Shown here: one piece after another, positions 46,215 through 59,262 of the stretch
Position numbering within the stretch: the first letter of the stretch is position 1
Layout: every line of letters starts with the position of its first letter
Source: Chrysomallon squamiferum
Lineage: Eukaryota > Animalia > Mollusca
DNA: 64,000 nt
Reading direction: 5' to 3'
Assembly: GCA_012295275.1 (NCBI GenBank)
Contig: CM022665.1
Coordinates: 13,702,001 to 13,766,000, forward strand
Made by a program: the position numbers and the translations under genes
Notes under the pieces: generated by a model
Told to the model about the DNA's origin: nothing
Database searches by the model: none
What the model saw: the letters and a program-made list of their open reading frames with translations, nothing else

Positions 46215-47577
46215 AGAAACTGCATACAAAAAAAAATATGATTATCTTTACTAAAGATAACATATAACTTTGTGAAAAGGTACTGATGCAGTTCTAAGGG
46301 ATACAGTGAAATTGCATAAAATATAATAAAAGACAGAAGAGCAGTATTCAAAAATAATATCAGATTATTTATGCAGTAATAATAGTTGTGTTTTGTTCAG
46401 TTGTTTTTTAAACTAGATCTGAAACTGTTAGAATACTGTTAGAATATGGATCTGTGAAAAAGATTTTTGTGGCAACCTTATGGATTCATATTTATATCAT
46501 GCATAACAATTTCACTATATTTTTATTCACATGTATTTGTTGACTAAATTTTGTTGGTGTATTGCAAATTTTGAATTCTAATCTTTAATTTTTTTTTTTA
46601 CTTCGAATTGTACCAAAATGTATTAAAGGTGTATGTATGTAACATGAAATTAAGTTGTCCATATTGTGATGCATTGTCTGTATATATATATTTTTTTAAT
46701 TATTATTTCACTGTTATTATTACTATGTGTTTTAAAAAAAATAAAAGTTCACATACCGAAGTGCTATTTTGTCTTTTTATTATTGTTTTATATAAAAACC
46801 ACTTTGTGGAAAAATGATTGGAACTCAGTAATTCACTATAAAAACAGTTGTAATATGTCTTGTATTCAACTAATTATGTCTAATATACAATTAATTTGAT
46901 TACTACTAATAACAAGTTGAGTAATCACTCAACAAAGCCTTGATATGCAGGGAGTATTAGTAATAATAATAATTAAAATGTTGTTGTTTTTTTTGATAAT
47001 AACTAATATATAGAAGAATCACTGTCCAACTAATTTAGTAAATTATTAATCCAAAATGTACCTGAATATGTGACAAATTTATTATTTATATTAGCCTACT
47101 AGGTAAGCAAGTATGGAGTGCAGATATGACAACCAAGGCTGAATTTAGATGAAGCCCAAAACTATGGAAATTATTTTAAAGACTGTTGAAAGTGTCATGT
47201 GAGGATTATGTATACTAATTAAAATGAAATTTACAGAGACTCTGAGTAGGCTTTATATGTTTAGAAAACAAGTAATTTTTTTTTTAATTATTATTATTAT
47301 TTTTTTTTGAAGATCAGAAAACAATCACATAATGTTGTTACTACTCTCTTTATTAAAATCGATTTGTTTCAGTCAAATTATCCCTGATCAATAACAGCTG
47401 ATACACTTTATTTAATAAAATAATTCACAGCTGTTCAAATGCTCAATCATTGATTATGTTCGCATGACTTCGTCCGTTTCCGATGAACTGACGGAAATAA
47501 CTCAAGGAAATAAGGGACGTTACTCTTTAATTCACTACACGTGTAGAGAGAGACAGTACTACCTGATGATTGTCACT

Positions 47578-50500
47578 ATGGATTGTTCACAAGCAATACA
47601 AAATTTTAAACAGATCATGGCAAATTTAAATGAAAAAGAAACATCAGCTTTTGTTTCTTGGCTTCATGATCATATTGTAGGTGGTAAGTTCGCAAAATAA
47701 TGTCGAATACTGTCGTGAACTACGAAAGTCAGGAATCATTTGAACCGTGTGTCAAAGTACTACTACTGTATTAAAACTACTAGATACGTGTAGAGTGAAT
47801 AGGTATGTGCAAATAATCCATTTTGCTCTCGCGAGATTTCTGCGTGATCCTTGCTGGGCGGTCGTCAGTGTGCACAGCGTCATCAAAGTGCGGTCTTCAA
47901 AAATTCCCTTCTATCGGTCCATTTGAAAAATCGTTTTAAAGAAACTTAGTTTGATGACGTAACATATATAATATCTTGCTACGACCTCGCTTTCGATTTT
48001 TGAATATTGATCAAGTAGAAGTTTATAAAACATTTTGATTAAGAAAAAAAAAAATAAAAGATTTCTGAAAACCTCATCAAAGTCATCGATCATTGGAAAA
48101 ACCTTGGGTGAGTCCAGCAATCAAAATATGTTCCCCTTATAGATCTATTTATTAACTACTGTTTTATGTAAGTTCATTTTTGCGAAAAATTGCAAACGCA
48201 GTCTTTAGAGCTTTGATAATGGCACGTCAGTTCAGGTCACGGTGACGTCAGCGTCGCTTTCTGATTGGCTCAGACCGGTGTTGACAAACACTGGCGTACG
48301 GTAAATTTCAGCTAATGAATTCAACTTGCTTAAAAATACAGTTCAGGTTTAGAACTCATAAAATACTTCATTTTGATATATTATAAATGTATAGTGGATT
48401 GAAGCTATATGAGATATTCAGCGTTTATCATCATAACACTTTGTCAGTAGATTTATAAAGGAAAAAGACCCGCAGATTTTATTCCGATAAAAATTCATAA
48501 CTTTTTTCGTATCAGTGCTATCAAAGAGATGAAGGTGTTATTTTAATATGAAGTTTTTGAAACCTCATTAGTGCCTCTTTGCCAAACTTGTTTTTAATCA
48601 TAATTTTGTATCCTATCATGTGAATTATATATTTGTAATATTTTTATATGCCCGTTTAAAGCAGAATGACTGCAATATTTTATATTAAGTATATTATTAT
48701 ATTATAGTAATATTTATTGAGCTATAATGTATAATTATCTTTATAAATATATATTTTTATGGTTCTTCTGTGTTTAACTAATCAATGTCAGAATGTGGTG
48801 TAACTACACACAAATTAAATAACAGAGTATGCAGACGTCCATGGGCTGTTTAGAAGCTATATTACACAATTAGGGGAAGTTCTATGTAGTCTGATAGAAT
48901 ATAGCCAAGACTATTTCTGTTGGATATTTTATAGTGTTATTCTGTGGTACTTACGTTTGAAAACTAAGTAACAAACTAAGATAACTGATTTTAATTTTAA
49001 AAAAACCTTAGAAAGTTAATGTAACCAACTGGGCTTAATTAGAATATTATCTATCTATGCCATTTGCCTTTGTAAATATTGTATCATGAGAATATTATGA
49101 TTAAATTATGTTACTATTGATGGTTAATTTATGTGATATGTAAAAATTACCCATATTCAATTCTTGTTTGCATTATTATCTAGTGGATACAGACTAGTCA
49201 GTTAATAGTTTAAGCTGTCTCAGATCATTAACACCTTGTCACATGACTATGTTATAGTCAGCAACCATTTAGATGGGATAAGCGAACTTTAAGGTATTAA
49301 TGCCAATCAGACTAGTCACTGTGACACATAAACATACTAATTATAACTTAAATCCTAATATAATAATATTAAGTGTATCATTTTCAAACTCTTGTTTGTT
49401 ATAATTATTGATCATTATTATTGCTGATATTTAGAAACTATAGCATTTCAATTTTAGTATTATTATTTGTTTTTTGTCATTTTTTACCCCTCCATATTCT
49501 TACTAAATAATTTTCACTATATAACCATTAATTTACAGGATCTGGAGATCATATCCACACTATACATGAAAAAGATGACACAGCAGATGAAATAATAAAG
49601 AAAATTCAGAATGAATTGCGAGAATGTCTCCCTATCACAGCTGTTTCAAATACAGAACACATTGTCTTCCCAGCATCTGGACCAGTACTGCTAGCTATTC
49701 TTATTTTTTTATATTATTTATTTAATTTAATTAAAAAAATATGTTTTTTCTTAATAAGAAAATGGAGATGAAATAGAAAACGTTTGTGCACTAAGTATTT
49801 AAATCACATAAAAGCAGTTTTAAGATTTTGATGGTAAAAGATGCAGGACAGGTGTTAAATTACATTAAGTTTCAAGTATTAAGTACTTACTGACTTCTTG
49901 TTAACAAAATGAGAAGAACATTACATACGACACTTCTGTTACACTTATTTCTCATTAATTAAAATATATGATTTAAATTCTTTCAGAAAACTTTTAATTC
50001 TTTTCTTCTACTTTTCTTCACATATACTGTTATTGTGAAATTATATTAAAAATACAGTGCAAATACAGCAATAACATTGTATTAAAATAAATATGCTAGG
50101 GTTTTTGATTTGGCTACATAAAGACACTTAAATTGACAAAAATATATAGTCATTTAATGCAGACTGACAGATATATATTTTTTTACAATCTGTTTTAATC
50201 TGTGTATACCTACTATAGCATATTTATTTTATAATGAAAGAGACTGATTTATTAATTCTACGTGTATTTATTATCTCTCCATATCTTAATATATTGCATA
50301 ATAATTTTAATTTTTGTCTATTTTAATATATTAATGTTATAATAAAACAGAAATATGTATGTATTTTAGCTAATTTTTATCTCAACATATTATTTTTATA
50401 TTATATTAGAATGCTGACTGTGACCCTTCAGTCACTGTTCATGTTGATGCTTTCTTGTTTGAAGAAGATGTAATTGATCAGTTAGAAGATCAGGGTCAGC

Positions 50501-53500
50501 TTAGTCGAAATTACTGCGCTAGCTGTGGATCCCGAGATGTGAAACCTCTCAGTAAGAAATATTCTGTTTTAATTTGAAGTTACATTCAATAAATCACAAA
50601 AGTGTACTTTTGGAGTAATTGTTTTTTTAAATTAAAATTTTGTTTACCACTGGTTATTTAAAATTATTGTTGGGTATATTTCCTGCATTATACATGATGA
50701 CATTTAGCTGTTATAATATGCAGATTATTATTTAAGTTTTCTCTCTGTTCTTATTTTCTTCATTTTGATGATTTATTTTCTGTTTCAGCTTTTTATTTTA
50801 TTATTTTTATATATATATATAAGAATTTACTTTTGGCAAAAGTTATAAGGTATATGAGCTGGGGGAATGGTTATATGATAATAGTGAATGAAACTGAGCA
50901 AATACGACCATGAAAGATCTTGAAGGATGACTGGGCTCTGAAGTGAAATTTGAAAGTTGAAAGTTTTTTTTTTATCAGTCAGTGTATGAATCTCACAATG
51001 GCCATTTGAGGAAGTACATTATAAGCATTTGTCGATCATGTCCCAGACCTGTTCAGTGAGGGAAAGGTCAGGGTTCAGTGCTGGCCATGGTATTCAGTAG
51101 ATGTTGTGCTGTTGGAGATGAGCAAAAACAAAACACTGACCCACATGCCTACCAAATGGAATGACAAAGTATGTCAGTATGTTGTACAGGTAGTACTGAC
51201 CAGTGACACTTACTTTCAAATATGGTGTTAATTCATTCATAATGATACCATCCCAAGCTGTGATTAATCCACTGCCGAATTTATAATGAAATCAGATTCT
51301 GATGTTGCATTTTGACTGTCAAGGAAGTCCAAAATGAATAGGGACTAACCTGGAAACATGACCATTCTTTATTAGGATGTCTGTGGTCAAAATATATGTT
51401 CAGTCTAATGGTTGATATTAACATTAACATTTCAGGTTCCTGTACATTTTTTTTTGAAATATTCTAGAGTTAATTAAATTATCAGTCTTTTTATGCAGCT
51501 AATTATTTATTTTATATTTTTACTTTTTTTTTTTGTAACTTAAACATTTATTATTTATTTTTTATTTCTTCCAGCATTCATAACACATTCAGCATCAGCC
51601 ACACAGGTGAAGTACATATTTAAACATTTACTTCCTGACTTAACAGGGAAAATGGTTTTAGATGTTGGATCCAGGACAGGAGCAATGCTTTATGGGGTTA
51701 GTCATAATCTGTCAATGCTATAGCTCTTGCTGACAGGTTGTGTATCAAAGGATCAGTGTTCACTTACAGCAGTATACCAAAACTGGTATACTGGAGTCAA
51801 ATGTATCTACTGGTTTATCATATCCAAAACATGTACATTTCTATAAGCAGAAAGGTGCATTTAAAAGATCCTCATTGATATTTATTAAGGTATTTACACT
51901 GGTGGGACCATTTTTTTTATATATAGTTTTATTACAAAAAACAAGTGTAAATCAGTTTAGGTAATGTTAATTAAAACATTAATTTTGTACTTGAAATGTA
52001 AAGAAGCTTTAAGAAATTACTAATTTTAGAACATCCTGGTTTAGCTAACTGTGGAAATGTATTTTGGAAACTAGATCTGTGCTAAGACTGAATGACTGTA
52101 TTTTATATAAAGTTGCAAATAAAATACACAAACATTCTTTTTTCCTTCACAAATATTTATATTATTTTTTTCCCCAAATAGTTTTCCGATAGAATTTTAG
52201 CTGAATGTAACAAAAATATAATTGGTTGTGTCAAAATGTTTATCTAAAAACTATTTTAACAGGCATATTTATACAGCAGATGTCAGTTCGTAGTAGGAGT
52301 GGAGATGGATGAACCTTTCTGTAATCTTCAGAAACAAATTATTGCCAATTACAACATGCAGGATCGAGTCCAAGTGAGAATATTACACAGTTACATAAAC
52401 TATATTATAGTATATCATGTAACCCAGTTGAATGTAAAAATGAAATCATATATAATCCATATAAAAGTTGATTTTATTGCATGCATTATCGGTCACCTAG
52501 GATATCCAGATGTGCATAATTCTAGACATCTAGGTCATCTTGCAAAAAAGAAAAAAGAACTATTTTATTTTATTTTATTTTCTCTCAAGATTTCTTTAGT
52601 GTTGTTTATGCAGATCTACTTTATAACACATAAATTAACAATTTAAATAAAGTTTATTAAATCCTTAAAATGTGCAAACAATTTGATTTTTGAAGAACTA
52701 CAACATATTTGGTATACTGAGAAAGAGATATGATAATTGAAAATTGTTCTATTTTTTTATTATTATTTATTTATCTCTTTTTTATAGGTTGTTCATGCTA
52801 ACATACTGAGTCAAGCAGACATCTTAAAATGTTGTAAGTCACATTTTTAAAACTCATTTTTAAAAAAATATTTAAAATATTTTTCCAAATTCTTGTTTGG
52901 GGTATTCTAATTTTTGCTTCCAAAATAGAGAATCATATAAGATAATTGTTCATATCAGCATTGGATGATTACAAATTTTAAAAATATAAATTAAAAAAAA
53001 TAATACAAACATTTTTTCCCCCATGCTAAAGAATTTTAACTTGGACTATTTTTGTGTTTTTTATTACTTCATAATTACTTATACTACTGATATTGTGATT
53101 AACTTTGATTGAGTGTACTGAGACACGATGGAATTTTGATGAGAAGTGATATTTAATGTATTGCCTTATCTAAGAATAATAAGTACATGTATTATTTTGT
53201 TATATATATTATTTATTATTAACAGGTCATGTGATCATTCTAAATAATGTGTTTGATTTCTTCCTGCCTCAAGCTGAACAAGTAAAGTGAGTTATTTATT
53301 TTATTTAAGTAACTATATTCATACAACCAGATAAACAGATATATGAGTTAGGGACAGCCAGAGATTTTAGAGGTTGTCAAGCATATCCATTGTTCTGCAA
53401 CAAATTTGGTATATGCTTTGATATCTGTCAAAAAATCTACATATGATTCCTTGCTACTAGTGAAGGAAAATAGCAGCCTATTTCCTGTAATAAGATGTCA

Positions 53501-54236
53501 TTATAGAAATAACATGCTTGACAGAAATTACTAAATGATTTTAAAAAAAAAAAAAAATATATTTATAGGTTACTGAGAAGAGCGAATTCCAGTACTTAAG
53601 AGCATTTTAATCCTGTCTTTGTAAAAAAATGTTACACTTTGTTTCAAATCTCTCCCACATATAATCAGCATGTTTTGTTTTATGAAATAATTACACTTTA
53701 TATTTGTTGATTTTCTGTGAATATATTTTTAGAGCATGGAAATTTCTTTATGAAAACATCAAAGAGAAAGGAACTCTTCTTGTGATCAGCCCAAGTCTAC
53801 AGGAATCAATTCAGCACTTGAAGGTATTTTCTAAGTACTATTCCTATCATTTTTATTCAGTACAATCCAAAAAGCTAAAATTTTATAATAAATATTTTTT
53901 TTAAAAAGTAAATAAAAAAAAGACTAAAAAGTTTAGAAAATTCCTATAAACTGTACTAAGAAAATAAATAATAGAAATTTACAGCCAACATTTAGTGTTT
54001 ATTTTTAGCTTTCCTAAGAAATTTTATAAGGAATTAAAAGCTAAAATATTAATATTTCTAATCCAACAATTTTCCGTTGTCTTTAAAAAAGTTATTTTGT
54101 TTTATAGACTGCCATTAATCTCTCAGCTTGGGTGGAAGAATTAGATTCAACAACAGCTTTAGCAGATGCAAGTAGGAATTTGCCAGATAGTGATGATGAA
54201 GATTTAACTCAATTTCATTTGTATAAGGTTTTATAA
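47578..54236 (+). CDS. Uncharacterised class I SAM-dependent methyltransferase-like protein with HVDAFL and YCxxCGS motifs, about 317 aa
   Basis: Exons 47578-47683, 49539-49684, 50410-50551, 51575-51696, 52263-52373, 52788-52833, 53226-53286, 53733-53823, 54108-54236 (954 nt, in phase). SAM motif I VLDVGSRTGA, acidic beta-2 end VVGVEMD, VQVVHANI, VIILNNVFDFF. Upstream region HVDAFLFEEDVIDQLEDQGQLSRNYCASCGS and FITHS. Alternative in-frame ATGs at 47566 and 47464. Confidence 0.88.
47800..48655. mobile_element. CpG-enriched, motif-dense intronic island; probable non-autonomous DNA element and/or enhancer
   Basis: Visibly more CpG than the flanks; carries TCTCGCGAGA, TGACGTCA, CTGATTGGCT and four ATCAAAG sites. 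Possible ends TTAAAGAAAC (about 47936) and GTGCCTCTTTG (about 48581). No transposase seen. Confidence 0.4.
50975..51400 (-). mobile_element. Tc1-like (DD34E) transposase remnant in methyltransferase intron 3
   Basis: Minus-strand peptides in the expected order: VMFPG*SLFILDFLDS (VLFSDESRF), FGSGLITAWDGII (FGGGSVMVWGGI), VTGQYY, PWPALNPDLSLTEQVWDMID (WPAxSPDLxPIEHVW). Stops and frameshifts present. Confidence 0.8.
53385..53545 (+). mobile_element. Decayed SINE-like repeat fragment
   Basis: ggtatatgct...atatgattccttgctactagtgaa...gcagcctatttcct...aataacatgcttgaca contains the reverse complement of the agcaagggatcttttatat-type block seen in the other copies. Confidence 0.45.
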
Positions 54237-54800
54237 TAAAACAATGCTTGCATGTACATTGCATTTCTCAAAATAATTTTGTTACGTTAAATCAAATATA
54301 TAATTATAAATTATTCCTTTTTGTTCTTAAAATTGAAAGTCACGGAATGCAGACATATTGATTATGTATATTTTTGAATAATCTGAGGAAAAAAAAAAAA
54401 AAACCAGTGATTTTATTTTGTAATTTATTTTATTGCCATGTGGATACAATTTCAGATTTGTGAAGGGACTATAGTTCATTAATGTGGGTTTTTTTTCACA
54501 GAAAAAAAATTAATTTAAACACTGTGGCTCATTGCACACAGACATTAATAAAAATTGTTACAGTTTGGACATTTTCCTGGACTTTTCCAGATAAGTGCTA
54601 AAAATAACTACATTTTAATTGTTATAATTTTATTTTTGTCACCCTAACCAAAAGCTGTTAAACTGGATGATCCAGTGAAAATGAATGGTTTATTTCTACT
54701 TTACAATATTTTGAATTAATATTTACAAACAAAATAGTCTTAACTAGTCTAATGAATAATATGTACAGTTTACAAAAATCACAGATAAGCATTATTTCCT

Positions 54801-55366
54801 TTACAAATATATCTCTGGCTGGTTTTCATTCTGTTTAACTCTGGGTTTTTCAGAATTTTGATCCTCAGGACTGTGGGTTTTGATATCTTCAACTTGTCGA
54901 ATCATTTCTTTTAAACTTTTGTTTTCCTCCTGAAGAACGGCCAGCTCCTGTTTCACAATTTCAAAATTTTTCTTTAGACATTCTGTAGCTTTGTGAGACT
55001 TGTAGATTCTAAGTTCACCTTTCAGTTCTTCATTTTCTTTTTCCAGTTCTAGAAATAATAATAATATTTACATTGTTATCACTAATCAAGAAATGTGGAT
55101 AAGTTAGGAATGAATGTTGTTAATTTGAATATGTAAATAGAGGGATGTCAATTTTATGGTGATCTGCATAATTTTTTTTTTTTTTTTTTTTATGTCACAT
55201 CTACATTTTTTCTTTTAATATAAAAAAAAGATGTTGCTATAACAATAGAAAGTCATTAAGAAAAAAAGAATATTAGATTTAACATTTAAAATATTCTGGG
55301 AGTTTTTGTCATTGAATTCCAACAGAGTATTTTAATTTTACTTAACAGGATTAGACCTTTTTTCTT

Positions 55367-55406
<40 letters not shown>

Positions 55407-55813
55407 CCCGTGACTCGTTTTAACCATTAATATTAAAATGTGTACTATTTGGGATGTTTTAACAGTAAAGACTCACTCTCTTTATTTCTCTGCATCCTGT
55501 CCAGTTTGATGGCTATTTCACCCATCTCGGCTTCCAAGCCTTCACTTTTCATTTGTTCTTCACACAAACTGTTCTCCAGCTGTACCACTCTTAGACTTAG
55601 AACTTCTACAGTCTCATTCATATTGGACTAGAAATAGTGAATTATTCTTTTACATATTTTCTCCTTAGGTCTTACACTGGATAAAATCTTATGTAAAATA
55701 AGAAAATGTGAATGAATAGAAAACAAAAGTATTATTAAAATAAAATACAAGTAAAGATAAACTCCTGTTCCTCTGCATTACATTTCGTTAAAGTGTATTA
55801 TCGAAATAAACAG

Positions 55814-55849
<36 letters not shown>

Positions 55850-57195
55850 ATAATCAAAAGAGACAGACAGGTACGTAAAAATACGCGGCGCGCGCGGACG
55901 GACGGACGGATGGATGGACAAAGAGGAAACTCGGTATTTCAGCGATTTTGATACATTTGTCTACAAGAAAACCTTTATTATTTGTTAGTAATTAACGCCT
56001 CAAAGCTTCAGTGGTTTGAAGTATACTAAAATGGATTTAGGATATAGGCCTATACTTGGATCTACATCAAGAAATACAAGTTACATAAAGGAGAGATGAA
56101 TTACTAACACAACTACAACAATCATTAAATTTACCATGTCGTTTTTCAGATGTAATTTGTAATCCTCTAGTTCTCCCATTCTTAAGTCCAAACTCATTTC
56201 TCTTTTGCTGAGTCGCCATCTTTCACTCTTCAAAACACCAACAAGATTACGAGCAGACTCCAAACCGTCGTGGAAACGCTTCATTATGCTGTTACGTTCA
56301 AGATCTTCGGCGCCGTTTGCATTTGTCTGATAGATAAAAACAACGTTGTACTGAAATTACAGTACGTACAAATGACGGGACAATATTATATTTAAAAAGC
56401 TAATTTCAAAGTTACAACTTTAATTTTAATTATTTTAAAACTTGCAATAAACTTCCCGTAAAACACGAATGTTTTTCTCTGTGCCATTTATATTTTTTGG
56501 TTTGGATAATAAATATGAATATGAACATTTCTTAGTATTAGGATAATACTATTAACATATTGTAATCACAAATTTTGTTTAAAAACTTGCGATTGTTAGG
56601 ATTATTAATTTCAGTTTAAAAATAAAAAATATGTGTGTGTATATATAATCTCCAGTTTTCTTTTGTCTAAATTCGTTATATGATTTATTTTATTAACTTG
56701 AAATACAGTAATATTGTAAATATAATAATTATGGTGTCATAATTCTAACTTTAAACTTGAAAACAGTTATGTTAGTTAATTAAGAAAAGTGTTTTTTTCA
56801 ACAGACGCTGACATTCACAGCTGCTGGCAATTGTATCTTAAACAATAATAATAATGTGTCTATCACATCATGGAACCAATGTGTCAAGAATCGACCAATT
56901 AATGTTCATCAATAATTCTTGACAAATAACGACATTTATACGTCTTATAGGTAGAACCAGTTAATTTAAAGTAAATTAAGTAGAAACACATTTTAACTTT
57001 ATCATTCTACAATTATACTAGTGTCTGCTAATAGTAAAGACACGAATATTTAAAATTCACCTTGATATATTTATCATCTATTTCTGTGAGTAGATCTGAA
57101 ACTTTTTCTAACTTGTCCAGTAAGTCTTCTGCCGTCTCCATAATGTTTTCGCTTCGACGTCTACGCCACTCTAAAAACGTGGAAGAGTCCGCCAT
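54801..57195 (-). CDS. Uncharacterised coiled-coil protein, about 241 aa
   Basis: Exons (minus) 57195-57061, 56326-56135, 55627-55477, 55048-54801 (726 nt, in phase, GT-AG). Good start context AAACAATGG. Sequence MADSSTFLEWRRRRSENIMETAEDLLDKLEKV... followed by long E/K/L heptad-like runs (LEKENEELKGEL, VKQELAVLQEENKSLKEMI). Confidence 0.8.
55807..55843. repeat. (TA)n microsatellite, followed at 55883-55919 by (CG)/(GGAC)/(GGAT) repeats
   Basis: Direct read; left edge approximate. Confidence 0.8.
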
Positions 57196-57201
57196 TGTTT
57201 T
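57188..57201 (-). promoter_or_regulatory. YY1-like site overlapping the start codon of the coiled-coil gene
   Basis: Minus strand AAAACAATGGCGGA resembles the YY1 AANATGGCG motif, which often overlaps Kozak sequences. Confidence 0.4.
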
Positions 57202-58130
57202 CCGAACGTCTGCAATATAAGTGTTATCTTAATTGAGCATTAGATACAGTACATTTGCAATATGTTTACATGGTATTGTTATTAACCATGTAATCATCCC
57301 TTCTCCAAAAAGGAAGAACGAAAAAAAAAATACCCTTAATATATAATGCTATTATTAGTTTCATTTATAGGCCGACGTAATCATGCATGTGGACACAAAA
57401 ACTTGTTCATTCAAGTACACACTCTTACCAGGGCTCATTCAGATTTATTCGTAGATACAAATAAAAATGTAATAATAATAAAAGCGCGCTGAACTATTTC
57501 TTTCTCTGACACTTTAATGAAGACTCCGACACATTAATCTATTTAAACATTAAATGATAAAATGAATATAAATACATACATTCATAAATATTAAAATATC
57601 GTTACCTATTTACTGGCTGCCTAGTTGTTTATTGTTATTAAACTGATTTCTGTACAGTTTATTATCATTTTATTATTCAAACTGGAAGAGGTGAACGTAG
57701 CGTATTCTGGTATTTTAGTAATATAAAAGCAGGTTTCAGGCCAGTAAGACGTGCCGTATAATCGGTAACAAAACTGACATTCACAAATAAAAATTAAAAA
57801 AAACAACAACAACAGGTCATGCAATTACTCATTTTGAAAAAAAAAAAAAAAAAAATGAAGAAAAAAAGAAAGAAAGAAAGAATAACAACAAAATAATAAT
57901 AATATTTAAAAACACATAAACACACACACGCACACACAAATTATTTCCGTCCTTATCTCGCTTTCGTTTATCTTTCTTTCATTGTAACTTCATACATCTG
58001 TCTTTCACTACCATTTTCTCTCTTCCCCATATCCCTCACATATAAACATGAATGCATAAAATAAAAGAATAATAGTTATTCTGAATGTTTTTGATTCAAA
58101 TGTGTTTAACAGCAATACATTATAATTTAA

Positions 58131-58508
58131 CGCCGAGTGGATTCAGGGACAGTTTTAGGATTATTGATATTGCCTATGTCCTGGATCAAGTTCTTAGATC
58201 ATGTTGCTGGCAGATACTGAGATGATCATAAGCAGAGTTACAAAATTATTTGTACACATTAATATTACTACTAACAGACGACACTTGACTGTTTATGTTG
58301 TTGACAATATGGAACAAAAGTCCAAACGTATTAGTTGACACTGGTATTTTGTTTGCAGCATTCTTGCATGGTACGCATGCTAATTTATAACGTCCATCAA
58401 GGGTACACAAGATTAAAGATTTTTTAAAAATTAAACTACTATGGATTGTCTTTAAATATACTACCAATCTAAAACCCTCCAATCCATATGCGTTTTGATC
58501 CGCCCCTG
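58131..58508. mobile_element. Degenerate MITE-like element
   Basis: Right end GATCCGCCCCTG is near-identical to that of the 40.0-40.2 kb element. The left end cgccgagtggattcagg is a weak inverted match. Confidence 0.35.
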
Positions 58509-59020
58509 ATGCAAGTACGAATAAACTTTATTAGTAGAGCGTTCAGTTTTAACTGTCATAATTTATAATCTGTGTTCCGCATATATTCTATATTCAGAAA
58601 TCACCCATAGGCTTTTGTAATAAAAATGTTTTAAAACTACACAGATCAGCTGAAACAGTATCAACCAGTGCGCATTAACTATTGATAAATGAATAACGAA
58701 ATCCAAGTTTGTTTATTATTGCTGTTGTTTTCTTTTTTCTTTCTGATGTCAATACATTTTTTTACGAACAATAACAAAAGTAAATCATAATGTGTTTTTA
58801 GTGTATAAAATAACCTAATGGTATAAAAGATTAATTCATTGTATGAACTGCCATAAATAAAATTACTCATGAAATTAAAATTCAGTTTTGTTGCGGTTGA
58901 GACAGATTAATGTGATAGTCTACCCGAACATGCTAAAGCCTGCATAAGTGTATTTTGGTGGGTTATGCTACAATTTTAACCTGTTTTAACCTACAAAATA
59001 ACAAACAAAAATGAAGAGAT

Positions 59021-59262
59021 AAAGTAATGAATGTTTAAGAAATCTCAACACATTCTAACATTTAAGATTATTCTTGCATAGCAGTTTTATATGAAAAGAT
59101 TAGTAGAAATATATTTTAAGCACATCTTCTAGTAATCAGGAAAGCATATATCACGGTGTTTGATAAAACTTGGAGCGTTGTCTATGACGAGAAATAGTGA
59201 TAATAATGAGGAGAAATGATTCCTCGACTGAACACCCCTCAGTCCCAGGCTGAGTTAAAATC
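59021..59262 (-). mobile_element. Decayed SINE-like repeat copy
   Basis: aatgaatgtttaa...caacacatt...caggaaagcatatatcacggtgtttgata...gacgagaaatag...ctgagttaaa; same block order as the other copies, extending into a tRNA-like head. Confidence 0.5.

Noticed and set aside
47464-47577. 38 aa in-frame N-terminal extension of the methyltransferase
   Set aside because: It overlaps promoter-like ETS and E-box words and probably lies at or upstream of the TSS. It cannot be excluded without 5' end data, so it is not included in the model.
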